Source: Escherichia virus TH22
Direction: 5' to 3' (one strand)
DNA: 64,000 nt
Sequence record: MT446396.1
Position numbers and translations under genes: made by a program. Of the stretch, positions 53,342 to 63,139 are shown in pieces (the first letter of the stretch is position 1; each line of letters opens with the position of its first letter). Under the pieces are notes generated by a model. It was not told where the DNA came from. It ran no database searches and saw only the letters and a list, made by a program, of their open reading frames with translations.

Positions 53342-54313
53342 ATGTTTAATATCAAATGTATGTCTAAAGCCGAACAAGCTGATGTGGTCCAGATGTATTC
53401 AACGGGCAATTATACCCAGCCTGAATTGGCAGAATATTTTGCTGTGTCCGTTGACACCATTCGCCGCGTTTTGAAAAATGATAAAGAATCAAAATTAGCT
53501 AAAACCATTTCTGCATCACTGAAAGCAGCTGTTGGTGTGGCGATTAATGCTCCGGTGACAGTAACGGTTGAAGTCCCGGTTACTGATACAATCGGCGGAA
53601 GCCGACCGGAAATCGTATGGAATGCATCAAGCAAATTCGTTTCCATCACTGAAGGCCGTACAGTCTGGAACGCAACAAAAGACCATAAACACTTTGATGA
53701 TATTATTCAGGCACTCAAAGAATCTCGTTTTGACGATGCTATCGAGTTTATCTCAATCAAAGCTGCAGTACAAAAATATGTGAAAGGCGATGTGCGTATT
53801 GAAGGCGGTAGTCTGTTCTATCAGGGAATTGAACTGCGCTCTGGTCTGGTTACTCGTATCATCGATTCAATGCAAAATGGCGAAGACTTTGAATTCTATC
53901 TGCCGTTCCTTGAGAATCTCCTTGAGAACCCGAGTGAGAAAGCTGTGCAGCGTTTGTTTGACTTCCTGGTTGCAAACGATATCGAAATCACCGAAGACGG
54001 TCATTTCATCGCATGGAAAATGGTTCGTGCAACTTACAAAGATTGTCACTCAAACACATTCGACAACAGCCCTGGTCAATATGTTAAAATGCCGCGCTCT
54101 CGTGTGAATGACAACGACGAACAAACCTGTTCAACTGGACTGCACGTTTGTTCTAAAGGTTATATCGGAAGTGGTTTTGGTCATGGTGATGGACGCATCG
54201 TATCCTGTAAAGTTCACCCGCGTGATGTTGTAAGTATCCCGGTTGATTATAACGATTCCAAAATGCGGGTCTGTGGTTACTTAGTCCTTGATGATGTAAC
54301 TGAACAATTCTAA
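53342..54313 (+). CDS. rIIB: rIIB
   Basis: 323 aa; collinear with T4 rIIB (MFNIKCMSK..., SPGQYVKMPRSRVNDNDEQTCSTGLHVCSKGYIG). Confidence 0.95.
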   Translation: MFNIKCMSKAEQADVVQMYSTGNYTQPELAEYFAVSVDTIRRVLKNDKESKLAKTISASLKAAVGVAINAPVTVTVEVPVTDTIGGSRPEIVWNASSKFVSITEGRTVWNATKDHKHFDDIIQALKESRFDDAIEFISIKAAVQKYVKGDVRIEGGSLFYQGIELRSGLVTRIIDSMQNGEDFEFYLPFLENLLENPSEKAVQRLFDFLVANDIEITEDGHFIAWKMVRATYKDCHSNTFDNSPGQYVKMPRSRVNDNDEQTCSTGLHVCSKGYIGSGFGHGDGRIVSCKVHPRDVVSIPVDYNDSKMRVCGYLVLDDVTEQF

Positions 54314-54346
54314 ATTAATCGGGGCTTCGGCCCCTAATGAGGCTTT

Positions 54347-54544
54347 ATGTTAGGTTTCCAAGCACGTGCAGTTGAAGAACATGACCAGCTGGTTTTGAAA
54401 ATTAATGCTCTTGAAGAATTTATTAAGGGCGGTGTTTTTGAAACTCTCGATGCTCGTCAACAAGGTCTTTTGATTGCCCAGTTAGATGCGATGGGTGCTT
54501 ATGCTCATGTACTGGCAACTCGTATCTCTTATTTTGGTGAATAA
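54347..54544 (+). CDS. hypothetical protein
   Basis: 65-aa ORF. Confidence 0.3.
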   Translation: MLGFQARAVEEHDQLVLKINALEEFIKGGVFETLDARQQGLLIAQLDAMGAYAHVLATRISYFGE

Positions 54545-54547
54545 ATT

Positions 54548-54868
54548 ATGATTAACTATATGAACGTTGGCGATGAATCTATTAACGAAATTCGATTGCA
54601 TGGTAATCATGTTGCGGATATTGTTTATTGTGTTGATTGTCATTATGCTTCCACAAAGTCAACTGGCCGGTTATATGCGAGAGACATCATTCTTGCAACG
54701 AAAGAAGAACTTCGTAGTCTGGACCATTCTACTCTAGCCGAAAGTGCCAGAATTTATTATGGCGTCGTTCATGTAGACAAAGTTTATATTGGCAGTGATT
54801 ATCAAGAGCAAGCTGAGCAAAATTCTTTGGATGTTGTCGAAAAATCCGATATGTATTTTAAAGGATGA
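54548..54868 (+). CDS. hypothetical protein
   Basis: 106-aa ORF. Confidence 0.3.
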   Translation: MINYMNVGDESINEIRLHGNHVADIVYCVDCHYASTKSTGRLYARDIILATKEELRSLDHSTLAESARIYYGVVHVDKVYIGSDYQEQAEQNSLDVVEKSDMYFKG

Positions 54869-54872
54869 GCTG

Positions 54873-55466
54873 ATGATTCAGAAGAGTAAAACATGGGAGC
54901 ATCTGAAAAAGATGCCCTCCTTTCTTTATACAAAGGAAGACTTAACCCCCGAATCCCTGCAAAAGATTGTAGACACTGCCAGGTATTCATTGCGTAAAGA
55001 CCCAGGTCAGGACCGTGAGCAAGTCATGCAAAGATGTATGGTGGCTACAATGGCTGAACAAGCTATTGCTAAATGGACTTCAGGTTTTTTATGTGGTGGC
55101 GATGAAGATTACGATAATCCTTATTCCTTTGCATTTGATGTAGTTTCGAAGGAAGGGGTGAGAATCGAAGTCAAGACCCACCAGTCTGGTTCCAAATGGA
55201 TATCCGTGCATACTGGTCACCAGGGTGATTATCCGCATGGTTACGGGATTAATCTTGGTCCTTTTATGCAGCACAAGCTTGCCGACCTTATGATTATGCT
55301 CGATGTAAAAGAGACTCTCAAAGGTTGTAGATTTAAACCAAAATTCCTTGCTGGACCTGGTGCTTTCGTTCCTGAGTCTGGTCTTGTGCAGAAGTCACAA
55401 GGGGATGGTTGGTACCTCCGTTCTTGTTCAGAAGAAAAATTTCCCTATCACCGGTTTACAAGCTGA
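54873..55466 (+). CDS. hypothetical protein with PD-(D/E)xK-like motif (candidate nuclease)
   Basis: 197 aa; FDVVSKEGVRIEVK fits the D-x(n)-E-x-K pattern; in the interval where T4 has denB. Confidence 0.35.
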   Translation: MIQKSKTWEHLKKMPSFLYTKEDLTPESLQKIVDTARYSLRKDPGQDREQVMQRCMVATMAEQAIAKWTSGFLCGGDEDYDNPYSFAFDVVSKEGVRIEVKTHQSGSKWISVHTGHQGDYPHGYGINLGPFMQHKLADLMIMLDVKETLKGCRFKPKFLAGPGAFVPESGLVQKSQGDGWYLRSCSEEKFPYHRFTS

Positions 55467-55513
55467 ACCAACTATGTAATAATGTCCTCATACCAACAAA
55501 TGAGGGCATTATC

Positions 55514-55789
55514 ATGGAACACGTTACTACTCACAACATCAAACAAATTCTTATTCAAGCACTCAAAAACAATAACATCAATTTTCCAACCCATGAAATT
55601 TTTGATGTGGTATTCAACGAAGTTCAGGGTCAAGTTGCATATTATGACGTTATCGTTTATCTTTCAGAATTTGAAGTCTATCACCTGACTGAAATTGCTT
55701 TCTATCTCTATCGTGGGACTGCAGATTTCACTGGGGTTGTGAATGCAGTTGGTGCATATAAAGAAGTTAAAGAACAAATGCAAAATTAA
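55514..55789 (+). CDS. hypothetical protein
   Basis: 91-aa ORF. Confidence 0.3.
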   Translation: MEHVTTHNIKQILIQALKNNNINFPTHEIFDVVFNEVQGQVAYYDVIVYLSEFEVYHLTEIAFYLYRGTADFTGVVNAVGAYKEVKEQMQN

Positions 55790-55799
55790 TTAAAAAGTA

Positions 55800-55864
55800 G
55801 TGTACATCAGTATGGAGTCTATTGTATAATGATTCCATACTGAGTTACCAAACTGGAGAATAAA
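55800..55864 (+). promoter_or_regulatory. early promoter with family-B leader
   Basis: AGTAGTGTACA, TATAAT, TTCCATACTGAGTTACCAAA. Confidence 0.55.
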
Positions 55865-56020
55865 ATGAAACCTGCTCAATATGCAATGACTTTATACCTT
55901 GAAGTTAATGGCGATATTACTGAATTTTTTAAATTAATGCAACAACGCGGAAAAAGTTTTGCAGTTACTGAGCGTCAATTTTACGCTTGCCGTAAAAATA
56001 CATACAATCGTTATGCGTGA
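55865..56020 (+). CDS. hypothetical small protein
   Basis: 51 aa; below track cutoff. Confidence 0.25.
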   Translation: MKPAQYAMTLYLEVNGDITEFFKLMQQRGKSFAVTERQFYACRKNTYNRYA

Positions 56021-56030
56021 GGAAAACAGA

Positions 56031-56291
56031 ATGGATATTAAATTATACTACGCCAAACACAAAGTTACAGGTAAAGTTGTTGCCGCCATGTACGATGCAT
56101 CAGGTGAAGATGTTATTACGGAATTATCCCTTTCTAATTGTAGATTTCTTCGTCCTTTGCTAGCATCAAAAAAAGATTTACAAAAACTTATCGACGGTAA
56201 ATTAGATAATGTCGATGGTATAGATATTCATTATGAACTCCGCCATGCACTGAATGATGGGTTTATGGAAATAAAAGAGATAGTATTATGA
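56031..56291 (+). CDS. hypothetical protein
   Basis: 86-aa ORF. Confidence 0.3.
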   Translation: MDIKLYYAKHKVTGKVVAAMYDASGEDVITELSLSNCRFLRPLLASKKDLQKLIDGKLDNVDGIDIHYELRHALNDGFMEIKEIVL

Positions 56292-56381
56292 GTAGCAAAA
56301 CCTGGTGTCTTATCTGGATGTTGTGTATCCCAGTAATTTGCGTTTGTTTTAGTTTATTATTATTGAAACTTGCATAAAAGA

Positions 56382-56436
56382 GTGTACATCTCCAGTGGTT
56401 GTAGTATAATGAACCTATCAACTACTGGAGATGATT
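56382..56436 (+). promoter_or_regulatory. early promoter with family-A leader
   Basis: GTGTACA, TATAAT, CCTATCAACTACTGGAG. Confidence 0.5.
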
Positions 56437-56547
56437 ATGAAAAACTTACTTAAAGCAATTTGGAACATGTTTGTGTTGTTAATGGTATTGAGCATTTTCC
56501 CAATCGTTTTTATGATTGACCATGTACGTGTATTCTTTAACTTCTGA
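56437..56547 (+). CDS. hypothetical small hydrophobic peptide
   Basis: 36 aa, one transmembrane-like helix; GGAG SD. Confidence 0.25.
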   Translation: MKNLLKAIWNMFVLLMVLSIFPIVFMIDHVRVFFNF

Positions 56548-56557
56548 GGAAAATATT

Positions 56558-56704
56558 ATGGGTAATCGAATTTATAAAGTAAAGCTGCACGGTAAAGTGA
56601 TTGCAACCCTTAGCTTTAATGCTTATATCAGTGCTGATTGTGCTCGTGATATCCTCATTGAGGAAGGTTATAGCAAATACATCCAAATTGAAGAAATTCT
56701 TTAA
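56558..56704 (+). CDS. hypothetical small protein
   Basis: 48 aa; TTCTGAGGAAAATATTATG leader, the same leader repeated before 56722. Confidence 0.25.
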   Translation: MGNRIYKVKLHGKVIATLSFNAYISADCARDILIEEGYSKYIQIEEIL

Positions 56705-56721
56705 CTTCTGAGGAAAACATT

Positions 56722-56925
56722 ATGAAACTTTTTAAAGATGTTGCAGTTGGTGAGAGCTTTGTATTACATAATGGTCAACAACTGATTCGTATTTCTCCTT
56801 TACAAGTTGGCGGCGAATTACAGCCTGTAAATGCTACAGACCTTTATGATTCAACTAAGCGTTTTTGCGTAGGCCCTAGTGTACAGTGCCTTACCGTTGA
56901 TGAACTGATGGCTATTTCTGAATAA
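56722..56925 (+). CDS. hypothetical protein
   Basis: 67-aa ORF with the same leader. Confidence 0.3.
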   Translation: MKLFKDVAVGESFVLHNGQQLIRISPLQVGGELQPVNATDLYDSTKRFCVGPSVQCLTVDELMAISE

Positions 56926-56935
56926 GGAAAATATT

Positions 56936-57280
56936 ATGTCTAAAGTATTTTTTGGTAATCGCAACATTATGTTCTTTAAACAGATTAGCGTATCAGAAGC
57001 ATTTGATTTAAGTTATTCAGGTGGTACAAAAGCTGTTAACCTTAAAAATTTGATGTCTGCAGAATTTGCATTCTATCAGGACCCTGAAACTGGTTTCTAC
57101 AAATTTATTAAGTTCCGCATGACTATGGACCGAGATTATCGCGATGTTTATTATACAAGTTATGAGAGTGTTATCAATGCAATTCGCGAAGCTTATGGAT
57201 TGGATTCGTTGTCTCTTGACCGCTTGTATAATGCTACTTTTTATACGAGCGGATTTATTTTAGAACAACTTCAAAAATAG
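56936..57280 (+). CDS. hypothetical protein
   Basis: 114-aa ORF. Confidence 0.3.
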   Translation: MSKVFFGNRNIMFFKQISVSEAFDLSYSGGTKAVNLKNLMSAEFAFYQDPETGFYKFIKFRMTMDRDYRDVYYTSYESVINAIREAYGLDSLSLDRLYNATFYTSGFILEQLQK

Positions 57281-57353
57281 TGTACAAACTCTTGGGGTCA
57301 GAGTATAATGACCCCACTGGAGCACAAAACTTTAACTTACTGAGGAAATTAAT
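57281..57353 (+). promoter_or_regulatory. PeSL-type cassette (family C)
   Basis: 43-nt core identical to 46403..46445. Confidence 0.6.
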
Positions 57354-57803
57354 ATGACTACTTACATGACCCGTCGTGACGTACTGAATGCTGGCGCTAC
57401 CACTGTTGCTTACATCCATAATGGTAATTATGTCGCAGGGCGTCCAACTAAAGAAGCTATCACCCAACCAGGTTTTTATTTCGTGGTTAAAGGTGAAGGC
57501 GAATCACGTATTGTTGCTGCACGTTTTTACGTTGGTAACCAACGTTCACAACAAGGGTTTGACACTGTATTAAGTCACATCCGCAAACAGCGTTCTCAAC
57601 TGTCTCGCACAATGGCGAACAATGGTGTTATCTATGAAGTCCTGTTTGTTCCAGTTTCTAAAATGAAACCTCTGACAACTGGTTATGGTAAAGGTCAAAT
57701 TGCGATGGCGTTCACACGCTCGCATAGTTCTGATTGCCAGACCCTTTCAGAAATGAATCGCATGCTTGCTGATAACTTTAAATTCATTCTGCAGAGTTAT
57801 TAA
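57354..57803 (+). CDS. ndd: nucleoid disruption protein Ndd
   Basis: 149 aa; position upstream of stp/52 and recalled similarity to T4 Ndd ([31 protein letters not shown]). Confidence 0.55.
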   Translation: MTTYMTRRDVLNAGATTVAYIHNGNYVAGRPTKEAITQPGFYFVVKGEGESRIVAARFYVGNQRSQQGFDTVLSHIRKQRSQLSRTMANNGVIYEVLFVPVSKMKPLTTGYGKGQIAMAFTRSHSSDCQTLSEMNRMLADNFKFILQSY

Positions 57804-57804
57804 T

Positions 57805-57978
57805 ATGAGACATTTCTTTGCAATGGGTTACTTATTTGTTTTAGCACTATTTGTTATTACAGGAGCCTTTATAGCCTTTGGCGCTCCATTTAATGATAAA
57901 GTTGCTGTTACTATGTGCTTTAGTGGTGGGTATATCTGTTTTGAACGCTTATGCAAAATGTGTGGTATATATGAGTAA
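57805..57978 (+). CDS. hypothetical small membrane protein
   Basis: 57 aa hydrophobic; below track cutoff. Confidence 0.3.
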   Translation: MRHFFAMGYLFVLALFVITGAFIAFGAPFNDKVAVTMCFSGGYICFERLCKMCGIYE

Positions 57979-58051
57979 TTTCCATAATGAACATGTGATG
58001 CAATGGCATCGTCATAATCTGAAATTAACTGGCGTCTTCGGGCGCCCTTGA
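57971..58051 (+). CDS. stp: Stp peptide (activator of host anticodon nuclease PrrC via EcoprrI)
   Basis: 26-aa [29 protein letters not shown]; length, position (ndd-stp-52) and sequence match T4 Stp as recalled. Confidence 0.6.
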   Translation: MSNFHNEHVMQWHRHNLKLTGVFGRP

Positions 58052-58058
58052 GGAAAAT

Positions 58059-58220
58059 ATGATTATCCTAGTTTTTATTGAACTTATTATAGCTATTGTT
58101 TGTTCGGTTTGCTTCTTTTTAGGCGTGTGGACCCCTGGTCCGCTATTCTTAAGTTTTCTGTTTATTGGCTGGATTCTTTCTACTTTTGTCGGTTTACTTA
58201 AGATGATTAAAAATGATTAA
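58059..58220 (+). CDS. hypothetical small membrane protein (ac-like by position)
   Basis: 53 aa hydrophobic, between stp and gene 52; below track cutoff. Confidence 0.3.
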   Translation: MIILVFIELIIAIVCSVCFFLGVWTPGPLFLSFLFIGWILSTFVGLLKMIKND

Positions 58221-58361
58221 GAAAATCCTGGGCTACTCGTTAGCCCTTGCTGCCTTATTGGTAGCGCTGTATTATGGAGTTGTATTTGCATTAGTGCAGA
58301 TTGTGCTTTTTATTTCTGATGCTATAATGGCAGTACATTCGTTAATCTGGTAAGGTGATAT

Positions 58362-59741
58362 ATGTCTGACGTTTTAAGTATGATGTCCAAACAGTTCAGT
58401 GATTCCATGGGGACCCTTAACCCACGCAGTCTAAAAGACATTATTGATGTGGAAGCATTGTCATATGCTATCTACACTGTGGAAGGTCGTGCCATCCCAA
58501 ACATGATTGATGGTTTTAAACCAGTTCACAGATTTGTTATGGCGAGAGCATTAGACCTGGCACGCGGTGATAAGAATAAATTTCATAAGGTTGCATCCAT
58601 CGCAGGTGGCGTAGCTGATTATGGTTATCACCATGGTGAAGCATCAGCGGAAGAAGCAACTTCTGGTCTGGTTGCAACATATAAAAATGAATATCCTATG
58701 TTTGATGGGCAAGGTAACTTTGGTTCCAGAATGGTGCCAGAAGCATCATCAGCTCGTTATGTATTCGCAAGGGTTTCAAAGAACTTTTATAACTTGTTTA
58801 AGGATACAGAATATGCTCCGGTCCATCCTGATGAAGAACATAAGCCTCCTGCTTTTTATCTTCCTGTTATTCCTACTGTATTACTTAACGCCACTTCTGG
58901 GATTGCTGTTGGCTTCGCTACTGATATTCTGCCTCATTCGTTCCAGGACGTCAAGGAAGCTGTTAAAGCTATCGTGGAAGGTCGGGAACCGGTTGCTCCG
59001 AAAGTAAAATATCCAGAATTCCGCGGTAAAGTGGTTGAGCTGGAAGAGCCTGGCAAGTATGAGCTTCATGGCACATACAAAATGACTTCCAGGACCCAAA
59101 TGGAAATTACTGAAATTCCGGTCCAATGGAACCTGGAAAAGTATACAAGTAAAATACTTGACCCGTTGGAAGAGAAAGGTTTTATCACCTGGAAAGATAA
59201 CTGCGGTGAGCATGGTTTTGGGTTTAAGATTAAATTCCGCAAAGAATACAAGTTGGATGGTACTGAACAAGAAAATCATGAGAAAATCATGAAAGACTTT
59301 GGTCTGATTGAGAAGCTCTCCCAGAACTTAACGGTGCTTAATCACAAAGGCAAACTGGCCGAATACACCAACACGCTTGACCTGATTCGCGATTTCGTTG
59401 ATGTTCGTAAGACTTATGTTCAAGTGCGAATTGACAGTAAGATTAAAGAAACTGAAGCAGCGTTTAAACTGGCCCGGGCAAAAGTATTCTTTATTAAAGA
59501 AGTGATTGACGGTAAGGTTGTTATCCAGGGGAAACCTCGTAAGAAGTTGATTGAGGAACTCCAGGCGAGTGAAATATATGGCGATTATGCAGAGAAGTTA
59601 GTGGCGATGAACATCTACCATATGACCTCTGATGAAGCCAAGAAGCTTGCAGACGAAGCAAAGGCTAAGAAAGCTGAGCATGAGTACTGGAAGACAACTG
59701 ATGTTAAAACTGAATACCTTAATGATTTGGAGGCTCTATGA
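58362..59741 (+). CDS. 52: DNA topoisomerase II medium subunit gp52 (GyrA-like)
   Basis: 459 aa; collinear with T4 gp52 (AIPNMIDGFKPV.RF, active-site region SSARYVFARVS). Confidence 0.9.
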   Translation: MSDVLSMMSKQFSDSMGTLNPRSLKDIIDVEALSYAIYTVEGRAIPNMIDGFKPVHRFVMARALDLARGDKNKFHKVASIAGGVADYGYHHGEASAEEATSGLVATYKNEYPMFDGQGNFGSRMVPEASSARYVFARVSKNFYNLFKDTEYAPVHPDEEHKPPAFYLPVIPTVLLNATSGIAVGFATDILPHSFQDVKEAVKAIVEGREPVAPKVKYPEFRGKVVELEEPGKYELHGTYKMTSRTQMEITEIPVQWNLEKYTSKILDPLEEKGFITWKDNCGEHGFGFKIKFRKEYKLDGTEQENHEKIMKDFGLIEKLSQNLTVLNHKGKLAEYTNTLDLIRDFVDVRKTYVQVRIDSKIKETEAAFKLARAKVFFIKEVIDGKVVIQGKPRKKLIEELQASEIYGDYAEKLVAMNIYHMTSDEAKKLADEAKAKKAEHEYWKTTDVKTEYLNDLEAL

Positions 59742-59834
59742 GTTTTGGAGTGGAGTTTGCATTGCTTTGTATTTTTGCGGCAATCGCAGGTGTGATTGTT
59801 GGTATGTTTATTGGTAATAAGATAGATAAAGACT

Positions 59835-59858
59835 AGGACCCTTCGGGGTCCTTTTTTA
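59835..59858 (+). terminator. intrinsic terminator
   Basis: GGACCCTTCGGGGTCC + TTTTTT; same hairpin as at 5982. Confidence 0.7.
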
Positions 59859-59949
59859 TTTTAAAAAGTAGTGTACAATCCCCTTGACCCGCTGCATAAT
59901 AATTCCATACTGAGTTACACAATGAATCACAAAAACTTTGGAGAATAAA
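59859..59949 (+). promoter_or_regulatory. early promoter with family-B leader
   Basis: AGTAGTGTACA, CATAAT, TTCCATACTGAGTTAC. Confidence 0.5.
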
Positions 59950-60165
59950 ATGTTTACTGCACAACAGAATGAAGGTCAAGAATACATTAACATCAAATTC
60001 AAATCTAACAAAGAAGCTTGCTATTACTACTTTGACATGTTCAAACTGGCGAATTCTAAAGAAGAACGTAAACAAGCGATTGATGTGATTGTTTCTACTT
60101 CCCATATGAAACGTACTGTGGTACAATCATATGCATCAAATTACATGAAATCTATTAAGGGATAA
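59950..60165 (+). CDS. hypothetical protein
   Basis: 71-aa ORF. Confidence 0.3.
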   Translation: MFTAQQNEGQEYINIKFKSNKEACYYYFDMFKLANSKEERKQAIDVIVSTSHMKRTVVQSYASNYMKSIKG

Positions 60166-60167
60166 TT

Positions 60168-60776
60168 GTGAACAAGTTAAATTATATCGTTAAATGCTCC
60201 CAGAACGCGCTGCATGAGACTGATGTCAATGCTCTGGTGTTTGTATACAAAAACAACTTTGTGAGTCCAGAGGTTGTTTTAGACCAGCAGAACACATCAA
60301 TTGATAGTGTGCAGACCTTGTTGAATAACAACTATGTTGAAGCTTCTGGTGATGGTTTGATGATTACAGAAAAGGGTGTTGGCCTTATTCTGGATGCAGC
60401 TGAACTTTGGGCGAATGAAAATAATCCTGACCTTCTGGAAGTGAAGAAGACAAGAACAAAACGCGGTGTGACTGATGAAATGGAAGCGACTGCAGAATAT
60501 ATCAAAGAGCAATTGTTGTCTATTGATATTGACTTTAAGAGCATTTCAGAAGACCGCAGCAATCTGATTGTGAAGTTCAAGCGTATCAAGACATTAAAAC
60601 AGATTGATGTACGTCGTGATGGTCAGATTCGCGTACATGCGTATAATACTGAACAAAAGATAGTAAAACAGTTTACAGACGTGGGATTTAGCGTTAAAGT
60701 GGGTGGATTGAATACCTACATTGACAACGTTATGTCAACTGAAAACATTCAACATGTTATTAACATCTTAAAGTGA
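60168..60776 (+). CDS. motA: MotA-like middle-transcription activator (by synteny)
   Basis: 202 aa, GTG start with AGGGA SD; between gene 52 and asiA as T4 motA. Confidence 0.45.
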   Translation: MNKLNYIVKCSQNALHETDVNALVFVYKNNFVSPEVVLDQQNTSIDSVQTLLNNNYVEASGDGLMITEKGVGLILDAAELWANENNPDLLEVKKTRTKRGVTDEMEATAEYIKEQLLSIDIDFKSISEDRSNLIVKFKRIKTLKQIDVRRDGQIRVHAYNTEQKIVKQFTDVGFSVKVGGLNTYIDNVMSTENIQHVINILK

Positions 60777-60783
60777 GGAAATT

Positions 60784-61116
60784 ATGAATAAGCTGAATAT
60801 TGTTAATGAATTGCGCGCTTGTGTAGAACCTACTCAAGAGGGTTGGGATGTTTGGTATCATGGCGCTTACCTTGGAACTATTATCAAGGTCAAAGCTGGT
60901 CAGTATCTTATCCATCGTCAGGATGATGCAGTAGCTCCGTTTGGTGCACGCAAGAACTTCATGGCAGCGATTGGTGCCTTTGTTCCAGCAGCATATGAAG
61001 TATATAAAGCTGACTACAAAGAATACCAGGAATCACAACCAGTTATTCGCTCAATTGGTGTTAATAAAGCTCAACAGAAAAGTCTGTGGCAACGTGTTAA
61101 AGGTTGGTTCAAATGA
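60784..61116 (+). CDS. hypothetical protein
   Basis: 110-aa ORF. Confidence 0.3.
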   Translation: MNKLNIVNELRACVEPTQEGWDVWYHGAYLGTIIKVKAGQYLIHRQDDAVAPFGARKNFMAAIGAFVPAAYEVYKADYKEYQESQPVIRSIGVNKAQQKSLWQRVKGWFK

Positions 61117-61601
61117 ATCCATTAAAAGGTAAAGAATTATCCTTTAAAGACCGTATAGCTTTATTAGATAAAGCTCTTTCTCGCGAGACTCCAGAAAGCC
61201 TCGCTGCTAAATTACGGGCATATGGTGATTACACCGAATATAATGAAGAAGATGTCCTGGAAGAAGTCCCGGAAATCTGTTGGCAGATTGCTCATTGGAA
61301 CAACAATGAAAAATATCAGCGCCGGATTGTGTGCGCAGCCAACCGCTTCAGGTTAAAAGATGGTGGGACTCTGGTTATTCCTGGTGCCAGACATTATTCA
61401 AAAGATATGGCAGAAGTTCTTGACCAGGTAAGTGATAAACTTGTGTCAGACCATGTTTGTGGTGATAATCAAGGATTCATTGACCAATACAGCAATTACT
61501 GGACCCGCGAAGAAGCAATGATTATTGCGACTTATGCAAATCAGGTGCGCATTGAACGTGGCGGTAGTGAGAAAGAACTTTATTCAGAGGACCTTTACTA
61601 A
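61104..61601 (+). CDS. hypothetical protein
   Basis: 165-aa ORF. Confidence 0.3.
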   Translation: MVQMNPLKGKELSFKDRIALLDKALSRETPESLAAKLRAYGDYTEYNEEDVLEEVPEICWQIAHWNNNEKYQRRIVCAANRFRLKDGGTLVIPGARHYSKDMAEVLDQVSDKLVSDHVCGDNQGFIDQYSNYWTREEAMIIATYANQVRIERGGSEKELYSEDLY

Positions 61602-61879
61602 TGAACCTTAAACAACTCCAAATTGATGCGATTGAAAACCATATTAATCATATCAAACGGCTGAATACCATGATGGAAGACAACTGGGGAACTTATGTTA
61701 ACCAGCCAGGTTGGGATGCCCTAGACCATGAATATATAAAGGATATTAGTGATAACACATATAGAGTTAGAGAAGGCCTGAAACCATTCCTGCGTGATAT
61801 GTATATTGCGACCAATAAAGAAATTATTAGTTCTCTTGAATACCAATTAAGGAAATTGTATGAACAACCTGGTAGCTAA
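61601..61879 (+). CDS. hypothetical protein
   Basis: 92-aa ORF. Confidence 0.3.
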   Translation: MNLKQLQIDAIENHINHIKRLNTMMEDNWGTYVNQPGWDALDHEYIKDISDNTYRVREGLKPFLRDMYIATNKEIISSLEYQLRKLYEQPGS

Positions 61880-62191
61880 ACACGATTTCAATAAGGCGTC
61901 TGTCCATAAGGACAAGAAGAAAACAGAAATGCAGTCCAAACGTAAGCAGAAGCACAAGGGGAATCACTATGAGTCATAACTTAGAGAATGCCATCACTGG
62001 TCAGCGTACACGCGAGCAGGCTTGCTTTGAGGAATTCCTTGGAGCTGATTTTAAGTTCCAGGAACCAGTTGAACAGATGTATCAGGAATATGTTGTACAG
62101 ATGGAAAATCATGTGTACAACCCAGAGGAATAATAGTACAATATCCTTACTGAATAATTGAATGTCTTATTGAATACTTGAGTAAATTAAA

Positions 62192-62467
62192 ATGACTAAA
62201 TTTGAAATCGTTTCTGAAATTGTTACTGTAACTTCAATTTTGATTAAAACCGACCGGGAAGATATTACGATGAAGCGTGATGTGTTTATCGCGTTTTTGA
62301 ATGAGTTGGGATTGAGGAATGAGAATGGTAATGAGTTAAACAATGTATCGTTTAACAAGTTGTTTAAAAGTTTATCTGAAGATGAAATTGAACAAATCAT
62401 TGAACAATTTAACGAAGGATTCGAAGATATACACCGTTATCTTATGATGTATACCTCCGGATTCTAA
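62192..62467 (+). CDS. asiA: anti-sigma70 factor AsiA
   Basis: 91 aa; EIVTVTSILIK..REDI...FIAFLNE.G...FNEGFE..HRYL.MYT matches T4 AsiA; convergent with t. Confidence 0.75.
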   Translation: MTKFEIVSEIVTVTSILIKTDREDITMKRDVFIAFLNELGLRNENGNELNNVSFNKLFKSLSEDEIEQIIEQFNEGFEDIHRYLMMYTSGF

Positions 62468-63117
62468 CGTGTACGCCCAAGCGTACGACCTGCTTGTCCA
62501 CACATAGCAGAAAGCCTATCAAAACCAAGGATAGGTTTTTGCTTATACCAGTACAGCGAGACTGTACCTGCATAAACGTTTTCCAAATTAAAGAATGGGC
62601 AGCTGAACATATATGAGAAGCTGCTTTTTTTCTTTGTTGGTAAGAATACAGATTCCGTACTGGATTCAAAATAATTACCATTAACCCCCGCCAAATATTC
62701 TGCTGAAGTTTTATCTATTGGAAACCCACCCAAATTTTTTTCGTCGACTGTATCAGGCAATATCCCCTCATATCCCACCATATCCACAAAGTAGTTAAGG
62801 TTAGTTGGTCTAAAAGAATATATTGCTGTAAAGTCTGCTCCACTTGACGAGTGGACTATCTGGATTTGCTCGATAGCTGCAATTTTAAATCTGTTATCCT
62901 GGTCTTGCCTTATCATTTCTGTGTACGAGGCATATGAAGCATCCCTGTACGCATCTAAAATTGCATCACCTTTATACCAGATTACCACCATTAAAAATAA
63001 TAGAACAATAACTAGTACCCGGGAAAAAACAACTTTCCCGGTCGCATTATCTTTAAAAATTCTATCAAGAAGTCCAAAAAGTAGATCGGGTATTGATATT
63101 CCTACTTTTGGTTCCAT
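62464..63117 (-). CDS. t: holin T
   Basis: 217 aa; single N-terminal TM; near-collinear with T4 T (DLLFGLLDRIFKDNATGKV..., YSFRP.NLNYFVD, YMFSCP.FNL.N.YAGT). Confidence 0.9.
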   Translation of the reverse strand: MEPKVGISIPDLLFGLLDRIFKDNATGKVVFSRVLVIVLLFLMVVIWYKGDAILDAYRDASYASYTEMIRQDQDNRFKIAAIEQIQIVHSSSGADFTAIYSFRPTNLNYFVDMVGYEGILPDTVDEKNLGGFPIDKTSAEYLAGVNGNYFESSTESVFLPTKKKSSFSYMFSCPFFNLENVYAGTVSLYWYKQKPILGFDRLSAMCGQAGRTLGRTR

Positions 63118-63139
63118 ACTTTCTCCTTAACTTTAAAGA

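Noticed and set aside
58028-58046. GGCGTCTTCGGGCGCC hairpin taken at first for a terminator
   Set aside because: It lies inside the stp coding sequence (encodes GVFGRP) and is not followed by a T-run.
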